DNA of 62,068 nucleotides, filler included, from Basidiobolus ranarum (Eukaryota), in the NCBI GenBank assembly GCA_040143965.1. It is 15 parts of 15 records of this genome, joined end to end, with 100 filler letters (N's around TTAATTAATTAA, not from the genome) between each part and the next. Parts side by side here need not be neighbours in the genome. Positions count along the whole stretch, not along the records: positions 12,479 to 16,530 come from JASJQH010002137.1; positions 16,631 to 20,682 come from JASJQH010002138.1; positions 20,783 to 24,833 come from JASJQH010002139.1; 12 more parts are not named here. One strand, 5' to 3'. Both the position numbers and the translations under genes were made by a program. The notes beneath the pieces were generated by a model. The model ran no database searches. It worked only from the letters and a program-made list of their open reading frames with translations, and was not told the DNA's origin. Shown here in pieces: positions 12,612 to 24,933 of this stretch. Position 1 is the stretch's first letter. Each line of letters begins with the position of its first letter.

Positions 12612-14477
12612 TTATTTGCTCTTTTGTCTCTCTAATGGGTACTCTGTTACAACCTCGACTGAGCTAATAGGAGGGAAAGGATTTTGTTTACTTAAGACAA
12701 CCAATTTTCTTTGGTGATTAAGGTAACCTTTGACATATCCCTGTTGGTTTGTTAGTAGTTTCAAAAGGAGCGTGGAGTTGGTAAAGAGACAAGTTTACCT
12801 GGTCAATCAACGAAATCAAAATACATTCAGCATCATTAACATCCATGTCGTTATCCCGGGTAGCAAATTTCATCGCAGCCAATACGTCTTCATATTGCAA
12901 AGTAGGTGGCGACTTGGGTGATGGATTGTGTGTCATAAGAAAGCTGTGGTAACGGTTAAAGATGTATGTAAGTAAATTTAACCGAAATGATAACTTACAC
13001 TCTCTTGATCAAATGACGATATATGAGGATAGTACAGCGCTCCTTCAAAATCATATAGTTTCCAGTACTTAAGAACCAATCTAATTTGGTTTCTAAACAA
13101 CGTTCGAAGCTCTGGAAATCTCCTTTTCCAATTGCTCTAATAAGTTCACCTAAATGTTCCGTGTAGCCATACTTCGCTAACAACTCATAAGTAGGTGGTC
13201 TACCACGAATAATTTTAGCGATAGCCAAATATAAGAAAATCAACCTAGAAATGGATTTGAATAAGCATTGCCTTTTTTCGTGTACGAATTAGATTATAAG
13301 CCATACTTTCTATTTTTTCGCATTTCACTGGGACAACGTCGAAACGCGAAGTCCAATTCAGACTCCGCCTATGAATATCGGGTTAGATGAATTTTGGTTG
13401 ACCGTTTGAATGTTCCATTTCCCCACAAACCTGCTTTATCAAATGTTGGTAAAGATAGAGACGTCCAACATAGTACCGATAGGTGACTTGCTGTGAAATA
13501 GGAAAGTTTTCAACACTTAATTTGGCCTTTTGAATGTTATTGATGAAAGTTTGACACAGTCTAATAGTATTAAGCTAAATAAAAGGTAAATGTTAGAAAG
13601 ATGCACTGATTGAAGGTCATAAAAACTCCAAGGGTTATTATTGTAAATGAACTTACGTTAAAATAGACTTTAAATGCTAGATTGGTGACAAAATAGATGG
13701 CTGGCTTTTTGGACTCCTCAAATGGTGCTCTAAAGGATGTTAAGTGAATAGTAGATGAGTTCTATGCCTAGTGAAGATAAAGTTGGTGAAGCTATCTTTT
13801 GGAACCTATCACTAATAATCATGTTGAATGTTCTGGATAAGATACGTGCCGCGTCGGTAGCCTTCTTATTCTTACTTCGTACACGAGTTTGCTTGTCCGC
13901 CTTGTATGCAACACCCACAAATTAAAACCATAAGTCACAGCGATAAAAAGAACCAAGAAGCGAAACTATTGTACATACCTGCAACGCAAATTCCACCAAG
14001 TAGCTTGACAGCTTTTTCACCATAGGTACAAGCCAACCAGCGTCACCAGCATTGAATGCAGGAATGAATTGACTACATTTGAAAATTGTTTACTTCACTG
14101 TTTCGATAAAATTATAATTTAAAAACTCTTACGCGAAAATATCAGCGAATAGATCGTATAAGTGGGTTAGATTTTTGGGATCAACATTCTTTATAAAAGT
14201 GAGGTAGGCAGCAGTTAGATCATCGTAAGGCCTTTCAGTGATATTCTTTCTACATAAGGCACTAATGTTGTTGACCTAAAAGAAGACCTGTTTGGTAAAC
14301 AAATATACTGTGATCTAACAAGAATAAAGCTAAACTAACCGATTGTAACTCTTTTTTTAGCATATCTGTGTATGAGTTCATATCGAAATCAAAGTAATAT
14401 GCAAGTAATTCACCATCTCGAGCTCCCCGTGCCTGGGACACTTGTTGAATGGTTTCTAACACTGTTGGGTAAGACAT
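12612..14477 (-). CDS. PCI-domain protein, Thp1/PCID2/Csn12 family (multi-exon)
   Basis: [47 protein letters not shown]...[10 protein letters not shown] winged-helix end. Confidence 0.85.
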
Positions 14478-15097
14478 GCATATGTTACGAGTCAAAAGAT
14501 TCGTTGACCTGCCAGAGAGTCAAGAAACAAAGATATGTTTTTAAACAATATTTGAAGTTGGGTTAAAGTTAATTCGATTTATTTAATCAAGTGTAGATAT
14601 AAACATTATATATTGATGACATAGGCTAGTGGAATAATTCTAAAAATTATGAATCTTGTATCTCATAACTCGTGCATTCCACCTTACTGTATGCAGTTTT
14701 CTTTGAAGCTCGGATCTTACAGGTCGAGCGTCAGATAAATGCACATTACTCTCGGTGGTTTTTTGGACGAGGTTTCCTTAATAGCCTAGTCACAGGATCG
14801 AGGGAAAGTAGGTGGTGAGAATATCCGACTTTTTCTCACGCACCATTTGACTATTGGACTCAGTTGAATATTTCTACGATAGCTTTGCCGAAGTACCCTT
14901 CAGATTTACTAGTCATTTGAAATAAACCAATTGGATTTTCACGTGAGTTGTGAGTGATTTCGCAATAGCCCCAACCATGATATTATTTTGCATTTATGAT
15001 GACTGTTGGGAGGGTGACAACTTTAATTTTCTGTTAATTTGTCGTAACGCTACCAACACTACCCACTCTTCCTGCCTTACTGTCTACCTAACCTAAA

Positions 15098-15871
15098 ATG
15101 TCTTCTCTTAGAGTTCTTGTCGGTTGCAAGCGTGTTATTGACTACGCTGTGAAAATCCGTGTGAATGCGTCCAAGACCGCAGTTGAGACTGCTGGTGTCA
15201 AGCATTCTATGAATCCTTTCGATGAGATTGCTGTCGAAGAAGCCGTACGTCTCAAGGAGAAAATGGGCAAAAAAATAAGCGAGATTGTGGTTGTTTCTTG
15301 CGGTACCGCCAAAGCACAGGAAACTCTTCGTACTGCCCTAGCCATGGGTGCCGATCGTGGCATACACGTTCAAGTTGAAGATGATGCCAAACTACAACCT
15401 TTGGGTGTTGCTAAGCTACTTAAGGCTATTGTTGAGAAAGAGAAGATTGACCTGGTCGTTTTAGGAAAACAAGCCATTGACGATGACTCTAACCAAACTG
15501 GTCAAATGTTGGCCGGCTTATTGAACTGGCCCCAGGCTACTTTCGCTTCCAAAGTAGATATTGCCGAAGATAACGCAATCACTGTATCCCGTGAAGTTGA
15601 TGGTGGTATTGAAACCATTTCATCTAAAATCCCTGCTATTGTTACTACCGATCTTAGATTAAATGAGCCTAGATATGCTTCTCTTCCCAACATCATGAAG
15701 GCTAAGAAGAAGCCTCTCGTTAAGCTTACACCTCAGGAGCTCGGTGTAGATGTTGCTCCACGTCTTGAAACCCTCGAGGTTTCTGAACCTCCTAAGAGAA
15801 GTGGTGGTAAGAAGGTTGAATCAGTCGATGAGCTTGTCGATAAATTGAAGAACGAAGCAGCTATTTTGTAA
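15098..15871 (+). CDS. ETFB: Electron transfer flavoprotein beta subunit
   Basis: [47 protein letters not shown]; intact, intronless. Confidence 0.97.
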   Translation: MSSLRVLVGCKRVIDYAVKIRVNASKTAVETAGVKHSMNPFDEIAVEEAVRLKEKMGKKISEIVVVSCGTAKAQETLRTALAMGADRGIHVQVEDDAKLQPLGVAKLLKAIVEKEKIDLVVLGKQAIDDDSNQTGQMLAGLLNWPQATFASKVDIAEDNAITVSREVDGGIETISSKIPAIVTTDLRLNEPRYASLPNIMKAKKKPLVKLTPQELGVDVAPRLETLEVSEPPKRSGGKKVESVDELVDKLKNEAAIL

Positions 15872-16188
15872 ATTTCGACATCATTTCCCCTCTTTTCGTA
15901 TTCGGCATTCAATAAATCACATTCACAAAATATTCTATTATGCTCTCATATACAAGCGAATTATAAAATTTAAACAAAGGCAGGCAACAATGCAAGCACC
16001 ATCTCAGGTGCATGAAACATAAAGTCACAGAAAGTTCAGCTATCGCAAACATGAGTGATGCAAAACGTATGTGGCGCATCTCATACAAGAGTCGCATGTT
16101 TAGTTACCTAACACAGATATAAAAAGAGTCATTCGTGTTTAGCTAGAGTCATCACCCTTCACAGAGTGCTCTCCATCTTCATTCAACG

Positions 16189-16416
16189 ATGCATATCTGC
16201 CAATTGATCGCTGTATTTGGGGTTGTCCTTCTCGGCTCGGTAACATCGTCTCCTATTCTCGATATTGGCGGCGCGGTTCCTGTAGAGTTCAGCCCAGTGA
16301 TCAATTTCAGTCCCAAGTTTAAGCCAAAGATTGGGCTCATTGGAATCGGTGGAAATGATCTTGACAACAGTACTCCTAGGAAGGGGTTGCCTTTCCCTTT
16401 GGGTGACTTCTTCTAG
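16189..16416 (+). CDS. Small secreted Cys-poor peptide (75 aa)
   Basis: Signal peptide ending VTS|SP; TATAAAAA at 16118-16125; AT-rich 3' region with AATAAA. Confidence 0.6.
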   Translation: MHICQLIAVFGVVLLGSVTSSPILDIGGAVPVEFSPVINFSPKFKPKIGLIGIGGNDLDNSTPRKGLPFPLGDFF

Positions 16417-19400
16417 AGTTGGTAAATTGTGGTGATTTGGAACACGAGTTACTAGTAAATTATAGTGATTTTTATCTAATAATCTATAACTTGTAATAAA
16501 AAATGGCATTAACGAGTGATCTTTTAATCCNNNNNNNNNNNNNNNNNNNNNNNNNNNNNNNNNNNNNNNNNNNNTTAATTAATTAANNNNNNNNNNNNNN
16601 NNNNNNNNNNNNNNNNNNNNNNNNNNNNNNGCATAGTACTACTGAACCTGCAGAGATGATTCTGATTGCCAAAATAGATCAACCCTTGATTTGAAACTGC
16701 TCTCTCATGCTTACGACAAGCAACTACTTTCAATCAACAGACATCCAATAACTTACAAATCAGGATAACCTATCGAATTATATAAATCATGTATAAATAC
16801 TGGTGATCATCATTTAGCTGAAAATCCAGTCCACAAGTGAGATAAGTAATAGAATGGGATGTTTTTACCATAATACTACACTCACTTATGCTATGCAACC
16901 CTGACTTTGATCGGAGTATCAAATCATCGTTTTTAGAAGATAAGAGGTGTCGTTAGTGATGCTGAGCAGGAAAGAGTATTCAAGGTGTAGGAGATCGGGT
17001 TGGCTCTTTGAGTCCAATGTCGATCCCAAAATTTATCCGCAAACAACGAACGATCATGGTAGTGGAACAGTATCCATGTTACTCAAAAATTTCCACCTCC
17101 AAAATGAGTTTTAATAGCTTTACTCCACAGAGGTGGTTTCTATAATGCGGCTCATTAATTACTTGCTAGGAGGTAAAAAATCACATGAGAATTGGATTGC
17201 TTTCTCCCTCCCTCTTCAATAAAGAACCTTGATCAGTTCTCCGATCACGTTTTACCAGTAGTTGATCTAAATCCAATCACCAGCTACTCACACAGATTGA
17301 TCGGATGTCAACTTATGTCAACAATCCCTTACTGAGCAATTGGATTCAGAAGAGCGTCAGCTGTGGAGGATAGAGGTAGCTATGTGAATACTTTGTAATG
17401 CTCAGTTTCCGGAGATCTACGAAATCTATCGAGTTTCTAGACAAGAGTCAGGATACTCTCCAAAAAGTCCTCATATTGCTGTAATAAGTATTTACTTATA
17501 AGGTCTTGATACTCCAGTAAAAGGCAAAATATTCGCTATTTCCCCATTGTCATATATTCTTATCGGACCTTGAGGTAAGTATCCTATGTTAGTCAAGTGG
17601 GATTAACAGTTCTGGTTACTAATACGTGGGTTTTCGAATCTAGACTACACAAAGATTTTAGTGACTGGGAGATTCCTTACACTTTTTAGGGAAGATCTTA
17701 TATAATTCAGCTCGTAGGATAAAAACGACTTTTTAGGGACCCTTTTTTCGGCAACAACCGAAGAAACAGCAAATCAATTGGTTTGTACATGAACTCAGCC
17801 GCTTACATCTTGTATCGAATGTCAGCCACTTATCATGGGAGAAACATATATTAGGGTTTCTCTCTGGCATTGTAAGTTATCTTCAAAATATGCTTATAGT
17901 GGGTTTCACAAAGACCTGTTAATCAATCGAATATATGTCAGCCATCATGTATATCTAACATATGTTTGATTTTGGCGGTCTAGACGTATGTCTAATGGGG
18001 TTGTGCTGCTATTATGAGCATGTTCTCTTATGCAGACTTATACGAATAACTAATTGGGATGCAATCATGGGATTTTAAATTCCGATCCTTGAAGAATCCA
18101 TAAAATTCTCCTAAATTATTTATGCGAATGAGATTCTTTGCGAGGAATAATTAAAAGCGAGTATAGACTCTCCAGGATTGAGCCTAGCCCAATAATTATA
18201 TTTTATGCTTTCATGCTTAATCATAGCTATAATCCTCTTTTGCTGGCCTGAGTTTAATAGTACTAATGGATGAACTAATAGATGATTATGAGTGACATTA
18301 ACTAAAACAAATCAGTCCCAGGTATGTTTAGTTTTATCGACGAGGGAGAGGACTAATGCACAATCCTGAATACAATAATCTAAGATAGGACTAAGCTTAC
18401 CTTCTTGATAGAGTTTCCAAATCATCTGAGGACTTACGTCATTCTTAGATCCTACCTTAGAATAATCAGCTACAGTATGTAGAAAACTAAATCAGCGTCT
18501 TGTTTCTGTAGTATTATATATGTGTTGACACATGTTTTGATATGTAGGGGTCACATGATACAACCAAAGCAACTTCTCTTTACCAAACTTAGAATATTTT
18601 CGTGAATAATTCATACTTCAATCCTGACTTCTAATTGTTAAAGATGGTGTTAATAGAACGTCTATAAAATATACGAATATGTTGGATCAGTTAGTATTTT
18701 ATTATAATATCTAATGATCACTACTAAATGCCATGCTCCTCTGTTACTAGGATATGTAATTCTTGGCACATATATTTTTTGTTCTACATTATATATACAC
18801 ATTTTGGTGAATTTGTTCAGGCCTACATTGATGCTACTAATGCCTCAGTATGTCGAAACAATTGAAGTGTATTATTGAAAATGTAGTCATTAACACACCC
18901 AAGAGTTTGCGTACCTATATGTATGGGCATTAATATTGCATTTCATAATTTCCTCTTTCTGAGCCTTTCATCGATGCAGCTACCAAAGTAATACGTTCTT
19001 CCTTATCTCACTATTAGATTGCGATACAGGTAGGTGTGATATTTTTGGTTTATCTCCAGAAGTGATTTGTATGGCTAGTTAGGCGAAGTCATTTTTGACT
19101 GGAAAATCCTTTGTTGGCAACTAGTTAGATCATGATTGGGCAAGCTCAAAGTTAGCGTGACAACTACCCACCAATAGTAGGGGTTATAAAAGCTCACACC
19201 TACAGTTAAACCAATTGAAAGTGACGGAAATCAAATCTATCTGAATAGTTTCTACTCTATTGGATTCTTGTTATCAGATTTTAATCCTGCCTTTAAAGCA
19301 GAGGCCTGGACTCATTATACGAAAGGATTCTTTAACACGTAGAGTGGAGGAAATTATGCCACGTTTAGGTTGGAATCTCAGTAGTAGCTAGAGCGCTCTA

Positions 19401-19786
19401 TTATTTCATCGGTTTTTTGAGATCTGAGGTTTAATCATGTGGAGTTGAACGTTTGGACGATGTTTTTCACCGCCTGAATTACATTATCTAATCTGTACAA
19501 TGGGAATTGTATACTTCTTTCCAGTAAGTTATCGTAGTGGGGTCTTTGGATTCTACATTCCATTTAAGGTCCGACTTCTAAATTCCATAATTATTATATA
19601 GCCCCAAGTACGCATATACTACACTTAGATTCGATTCTATGGTCTTAATTGATGGCCTGGAATGCTTTGATGTTTCTCGAACTTGATTGGACTCGAAGAG
19701 ATGTCCATATCCTATATAATCATGTGTAGATGTCCTGTTGAAAGTCAAGCAATACTTGCAGCTTCTTCAAACAATCTTAGCGAGCC

Positions 19787-20682
19787 ATGACAGCAAAGGT
19801 CAAGAGTATTCCGTGGGAAAAACGCCCACTATGGGACCGTCTTCACAAGATTCATTGTGTCTTGTTGATATCAACCCCTCTTATCGCAATTTATGGTTTC
19901 ATGAATACTCCAATGCCCACCAAAACCCTTCTTTGGACTTTGTTTTATTACTACATCTCAGCATTTGGTATCACAGGCGGTGAGTTTCCTTCACTTTATC
20001 TTCACTTGGCATTACCTTACTGAGCAGTTGCTATTCTATTAGGTTACCATCGCTTGTGGGCTCACAAGTCTTATTCCGCTGTACTTCCCATTCAAATACT
20101 GCTCTCTTTTGCGGGAGCAGCTGCAGTTCAAGGATCTATTCATTGGTGGAGTCGCGGTCATCGTGCTCATCACCGTTATGTTGACACTGATAAAGTATGG
20201 GAAGTTTTCACCCTGAATCTTCAAACTTTTACTAATCTCTTATTAGGACCCCTATGATGCCAAAAAGGGACTCTGGTATTCTCATCTAGGCTGGTTACTG
20301 ATGAAGCCTGAACCAGGAAAGATCGGCTATGCCGATACCTCGGATCTGAAGAAGGACCCAGTGGTAGCTTTCCAACATAAATTCTACCCATACTTTGCCA
20401 TTTTCATGGGCTTTATTTTCCCCACATTAGTGCCTGGCCTAGGCTGGGGCGATTGGAGAGGTGGATTCTACTATTCTGCCATCACTCGATTGGTCTTTGT
20501 TCATCATGCCACTTTCTGTGTCAACAGCTTGGCCCATTACATAGGAGAATTCACCTATGATGATAAGCACACTCCACGTGATCACATCATCACAGCCTTT
20601 GTTACTCTTGGGGAAGGTTATCATAACTTCCATCTTGAATTCCCAGGAGACTATCGGAACGCCATCCGGTTCTATCAATACG
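19787..20682 (+). CDS. OLE1: Acyl-CoA delta-9 fatty acid desaturase, 3' end beyond contig; 2 introns
   Basis: [44 protein letters not shown]-x-EFP.DYRN. Confidence 0.92.
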
Positions 20683-20782
20683 NNNNNNNNNNNNNNNNNN
20701 NNNNNNNNNNNNNNNNNNNNNNNNNNTTAATTAATTAANNNNNNNNNNNNNNNNNNNNNNNNNNNNNNNNNNNNNNNNNNNN

Positions 20783-23187
20783 AAAATGCTTCACCCAGAG
20801 TAGAGCCTACAGGGAGAATATTTAGTCTGTATCCTTTACGGATGCTCTATAATTGATGTAACGAACCTTTAATACGTGCACCAGCAGCAGCCCACAGGAG
20901 AATCATAGAGGAAATATATTTTCCAGCATTAGCTAGATGAGGAAAGGCATCACCGCTATCCTTGTATCTTCTGAGGCATTGGAGAAAACGCCACCAACCA
21001 GGCAAAGTAGGTATGAATGTGGCTATCCAATAGGTATGGATATTGCACCTCGACTCGAGATCTTCCCATCCACAAGAATACGCACACGCCATTAACTGCA
21101 GATTTATCAACGTGTAGCCAAGACTATTCAGTTCATCGGCAATAAAGAAATCGCGGAAGTGTACAAAATACACGGGACTTGTTACGATTCGATATAAAGT
21201 GACGATGAGCCATCTTCTAGCGGTATAGTAGAGGACTTTGAACGGACACAAGAAAATCAAGACCAAAGTACAGGTCAGAATAAGCGGATACGAGTTGGGT
21301 GCAAGGTGATTTGGAAGCGGATTCGAGAAAGTAAAACTAGAAATATAAGAATAAACCATGAAGAAAAAGGAAGGAAGCTACAGATTGGGCCCATAGTTAG
21401 AGAAAGATTGTTTAATATACGCAATAGTAGAGCAACTTGCCTCCAAAAATTGATGTCGATGTAGATGATCTCGAGGATCGAATTCAAAAATAAACCTGTA
21501 ATTTACAGTGTTTTTGGACCAAACAGATATGTTAATCCCGAAAAGTGCTGTGAAGACGATTGGCAATAGTAAGCCACCGTATATCTGCAAAGTGATATCC
21601 ACGTAAGGGATTGTCTTCCGAACCTCCGGGTCCATTGCTGCAAAATGTAGAAACGAATGAATAAGAATTAGCAAAGGATGTAACCAAATCTGATTGTACC
21701 TAAGCTGATAGATCTGAAAAAGATAGGAAGTGAAAGTCCTATATATAATCCTGATCTTAGCGCAGTCGAATAGAAAGACTATAAAAAACTCGGTCAGTCA
21801 ATTCTTTCAAGAAAACGTCAACATCCCTTACTCTCTTCTTCAGGTCAGGGATTCGTAAACTATCCATGGCTGCTTTTCGTGAATCTCCATCGAAGACTTC
21901 GGTATATAGAGTCTACAATCATTTCATTAGCTCCAGACCAAATTCCACATATGATCACAGCTCTTACCTCAGTTTGGGCAATGATTTTGTCTAGAACAGT
22001 TGAAGCTACAAAATTTTGACGCTCTGCCTTTACCAGATAGAGTTTACTGCATTTCCAGCTTGTGGTCTGAATCATTTCGTTAGTGCATCACTCAAAGGTA
22101 CTGGGTTCTCAATGGAATACCTTTTCGAATTTCTTCAGAATCTTCATGAATCCAGTGTGATTGAGAATCTATTTGATGAAAGTTGAACAGCCGAATCTGC
22201 AGAAATAATGTTGATCTTCATAATACCTTGTAGTTCTTTAGTAATTCAACACCGCGGTAAAATTCAAGGAGTGCCTTCTCCAATTTGCGCTTCAAATCTT
22301 TTTGATTAGCTGCAATTTCTTCGCGACGTTTTTCTACTTCTTCTAAATCAACCGAATCATCATACACTAAATCACAATCACTACAACCATGGTTATCCTT
22401 CTTCGTGCCATCAATCCGATGGTAATTAGCAGGCTCACTCGATTCAGATGAATATGCCTAAAACAAGTGTGAAATTGAGTCTTAAATTCTTTAGTTAAAA
22501 CGCTTATGATTCTCTACCTCTATGTGGGATGTGGCAGCCTCTAACACAAGTACCTGTTCTCTCAATGCATAGAGACGCTTGACTGCCTCCTTTTCCTTAT
22601 CTGTTTGATACAAAGAAGACTATTTAAATACTGTCACTATATATTGAAAATCTTGAAACGTACCATCATAAAATTGACAAATTTTCTCCAACTCTTTATC
22701 TAGTAAATCGAAAAAATTCCGCTCTTCGGGACTACGTCGGGCCAACTCGATTTGAAGCCTAGAAAAACTTTCTATCAAGCAATGAGAATCAACATAAAGT
22801 GCAACCTATATATTGCCATTTACCTAGATTGTCGGACATATCCAAGGTATATGAAGGCATGCTTAATGCATTAGCTGTCCTAGATCTAAGAAAAGGAGTT
22901 CTGTCAGAACTTTTCGTTCTTTTCACTTCGGTCACTTGTGAATTACGACGAAAGAGATTTCCAAGGTTACTACTACTAGCACGACGTCGATCAATAGAAC
23001 CATCTTTTATAACAGAACCTCGAGTAGGACCAAGTACAGGAGAAAAAAGGAGTGGAGATTTGTTTTTATTTGAAGGTCCTTGCTTTTCTTCAATACGTTT
23101 AAGTGCCTTTTTCAAAGCTTTGTAATCGATATACTTTTGCTTCCATTCTGGGACGGACTCAGTTTCAAGATATTTGGCAAACTTCAT
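20783..23187 (-). CDS. SYG1: SPX-EXS domain protein (Syg1/XPR1 family), 3' end beyond contig
   Basis: MKFAKYL...VPEWKQKYIDYKALKK SPX start, LNHTGFMKILKKFEK, NYRFIFEFD, FRDFFIADELNSL, RFLQCLRRY..HLANAGKY. Confidence 0.93.
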
Positions 23188-24252
23188 AATGCCAGAGAAG
23201 TGACTAAGAAGTGTGTATGTGGGCACAATACGAATAAGTTTGTACCAACGTCATATGTTAAAATACTCTACAATCCTAAGTTACACCAGTTTATTTTCAC
23301 ATATAAGTATTCACATACATCCGTGGTTATTGCCACTAAGCATATAGAATGAGTATTAATTAGTACTGTTGTAGATGTATTCAGTGTTTGTGTTATAAAT
23401 GATCACTATTTATTGGTGCAACTCTATGAGGCCATCTCCATTAGTCTTCACCATCGATCAAAAATTCCATTAATACTTTAATGAATCCAGGATGTAGAAG
23501 CTATGACAGGTAACCATGGAACGCTCAGCATAACAAACATATAACTAGACAAGATCATCCTAGTCAGATGATTTTTATCCTATTATCGCAGAATTTAGTA
23601 ACATAATACAAGAAACCAAACAATAAGTTGCATCGAACCTGAAAACCATCTACTCAAGCACGGATCAATCTTTTCCCGAGGGACTTTATTAGAACTCTAT
23701 ATTCCTCTTGTGCTCGTTAAAATATTAAGCAATTGTGATTAGTTAAAAGAACTCAGGACATTAGTAACAAGATTATCAATCTATAAACATAATCAGAGTA
23801 GTCACAATGCCTATATACCTTTTTTAGTCATTTTTTACAGCTCAGATGAAGCACTGACTGATCGTTCAAGACATTAATCGGTCTTCAAAAAACCTTCATT
23901 GTGGATGGTATTTTAAAGCTTGCTCTGCACCGCTATTTTCCCTCATAACGTGCAAATAAAGTTGGATACTCATTAGAAATTTATAATGAGGCAGATATGA
24001 ACTGATTTATCGGAATCTTACATTTTGAATCGAAAATCAATGATTACTTACGTAAATAACCTTGGTTTCGATCCTAACATGTGTCACATAAGAATAAGAA
24101 TTGAAAAAGGTGCTTTATTGATTTATAAATACATCAATTGAGTGTTTTACTTGATGTGTTGTTACAAAAAGATTCATCGAATTTCAAATAAAAACTGGGG
24201 ATAATAAGTGATATACGATCAGATGCTGAAACAAAATGCTACACATATACAC

Positions 24253-24833
24253 TTAGTTCATAATGTGTAACAAAAGTGCTCCCATTACCAAATATAATTC
24301 AGGTAGTAAGTTGGATCCAAAATTTTGAGGATTGAGGTTGGGGGTTATTTGAGTTGGGTTACTGGTTGCACTTGGAGCGTTTGGATTCAAAGTTTGAGTC
24401 GGCACCATTGTTTGGCTCGGATTCACTGTCTGACCTGGAGTCATGGATTGGTTTGGATCCATCGTTTGACCTGGTGCCATGGATTGGTTGGGATCCATAG
24501 TTTGACCTGGAGTCATGGATTGGTTTGGATCCATAGACATAGACTGGTTAGGATCCATAGTTTGGGTACCAACTGGAGCAATGTTGGTGTCACCTTGGGA
24601 AGCCGAAGGATCCACAGTGGCTGTAGTAGTGCTTGCAGCATTAGGGTCGTCAGTAGATGGAGAATCAGTAGCAGCGGGGCTTTGATCGTCAGTAGATGTA
24701 GAATCGGTTGCAGCAGGGCTTTGATCGGCAGGAGATGGAGAATCGGTTGCAGCAGGGCTTTGTTCATCTGTGGATGGTGAGTCGGTTGCGCCGGGACTTT
24801 GGGGAACACGTGGAGAGGCCGTATGTTATACTT
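24253..24833 (-). CDS. Thr/Pro/Gln-rich tandem-repeat protein with GPI-type C-terminus, 5' end beyond contig
   Basis: 39-bp DQSPAATDSPSTD-type and 36-bp QTMDPNQSMTPG repeats; hydrophobic tail NFGS-NLLPELYLVMGALLLHIMN*. Confidence 0.7.
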
Positions 24834-24933
24834 NNNNNNNNNNNNNNNNNNNNNNNNNNNNNNNNNNNNNNNNNNNNTTAATTAATTAANNNNNNNNNNN
24901 NNNNNNNNNNNNNNNNNNNNNNNNNNNNNNNNN

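Noticed and set aside
15142-15696. Antisense ORFs over ETF-beta, VTS1, SYG1 and other genes
   Set aside because: Shadow ORFs from codon bias; no independent motifs
24325-24809. 151-aa + strand and 98-aa alternative-frame ORFs
   Set aside because: Open only because the tandem repeats lack stops
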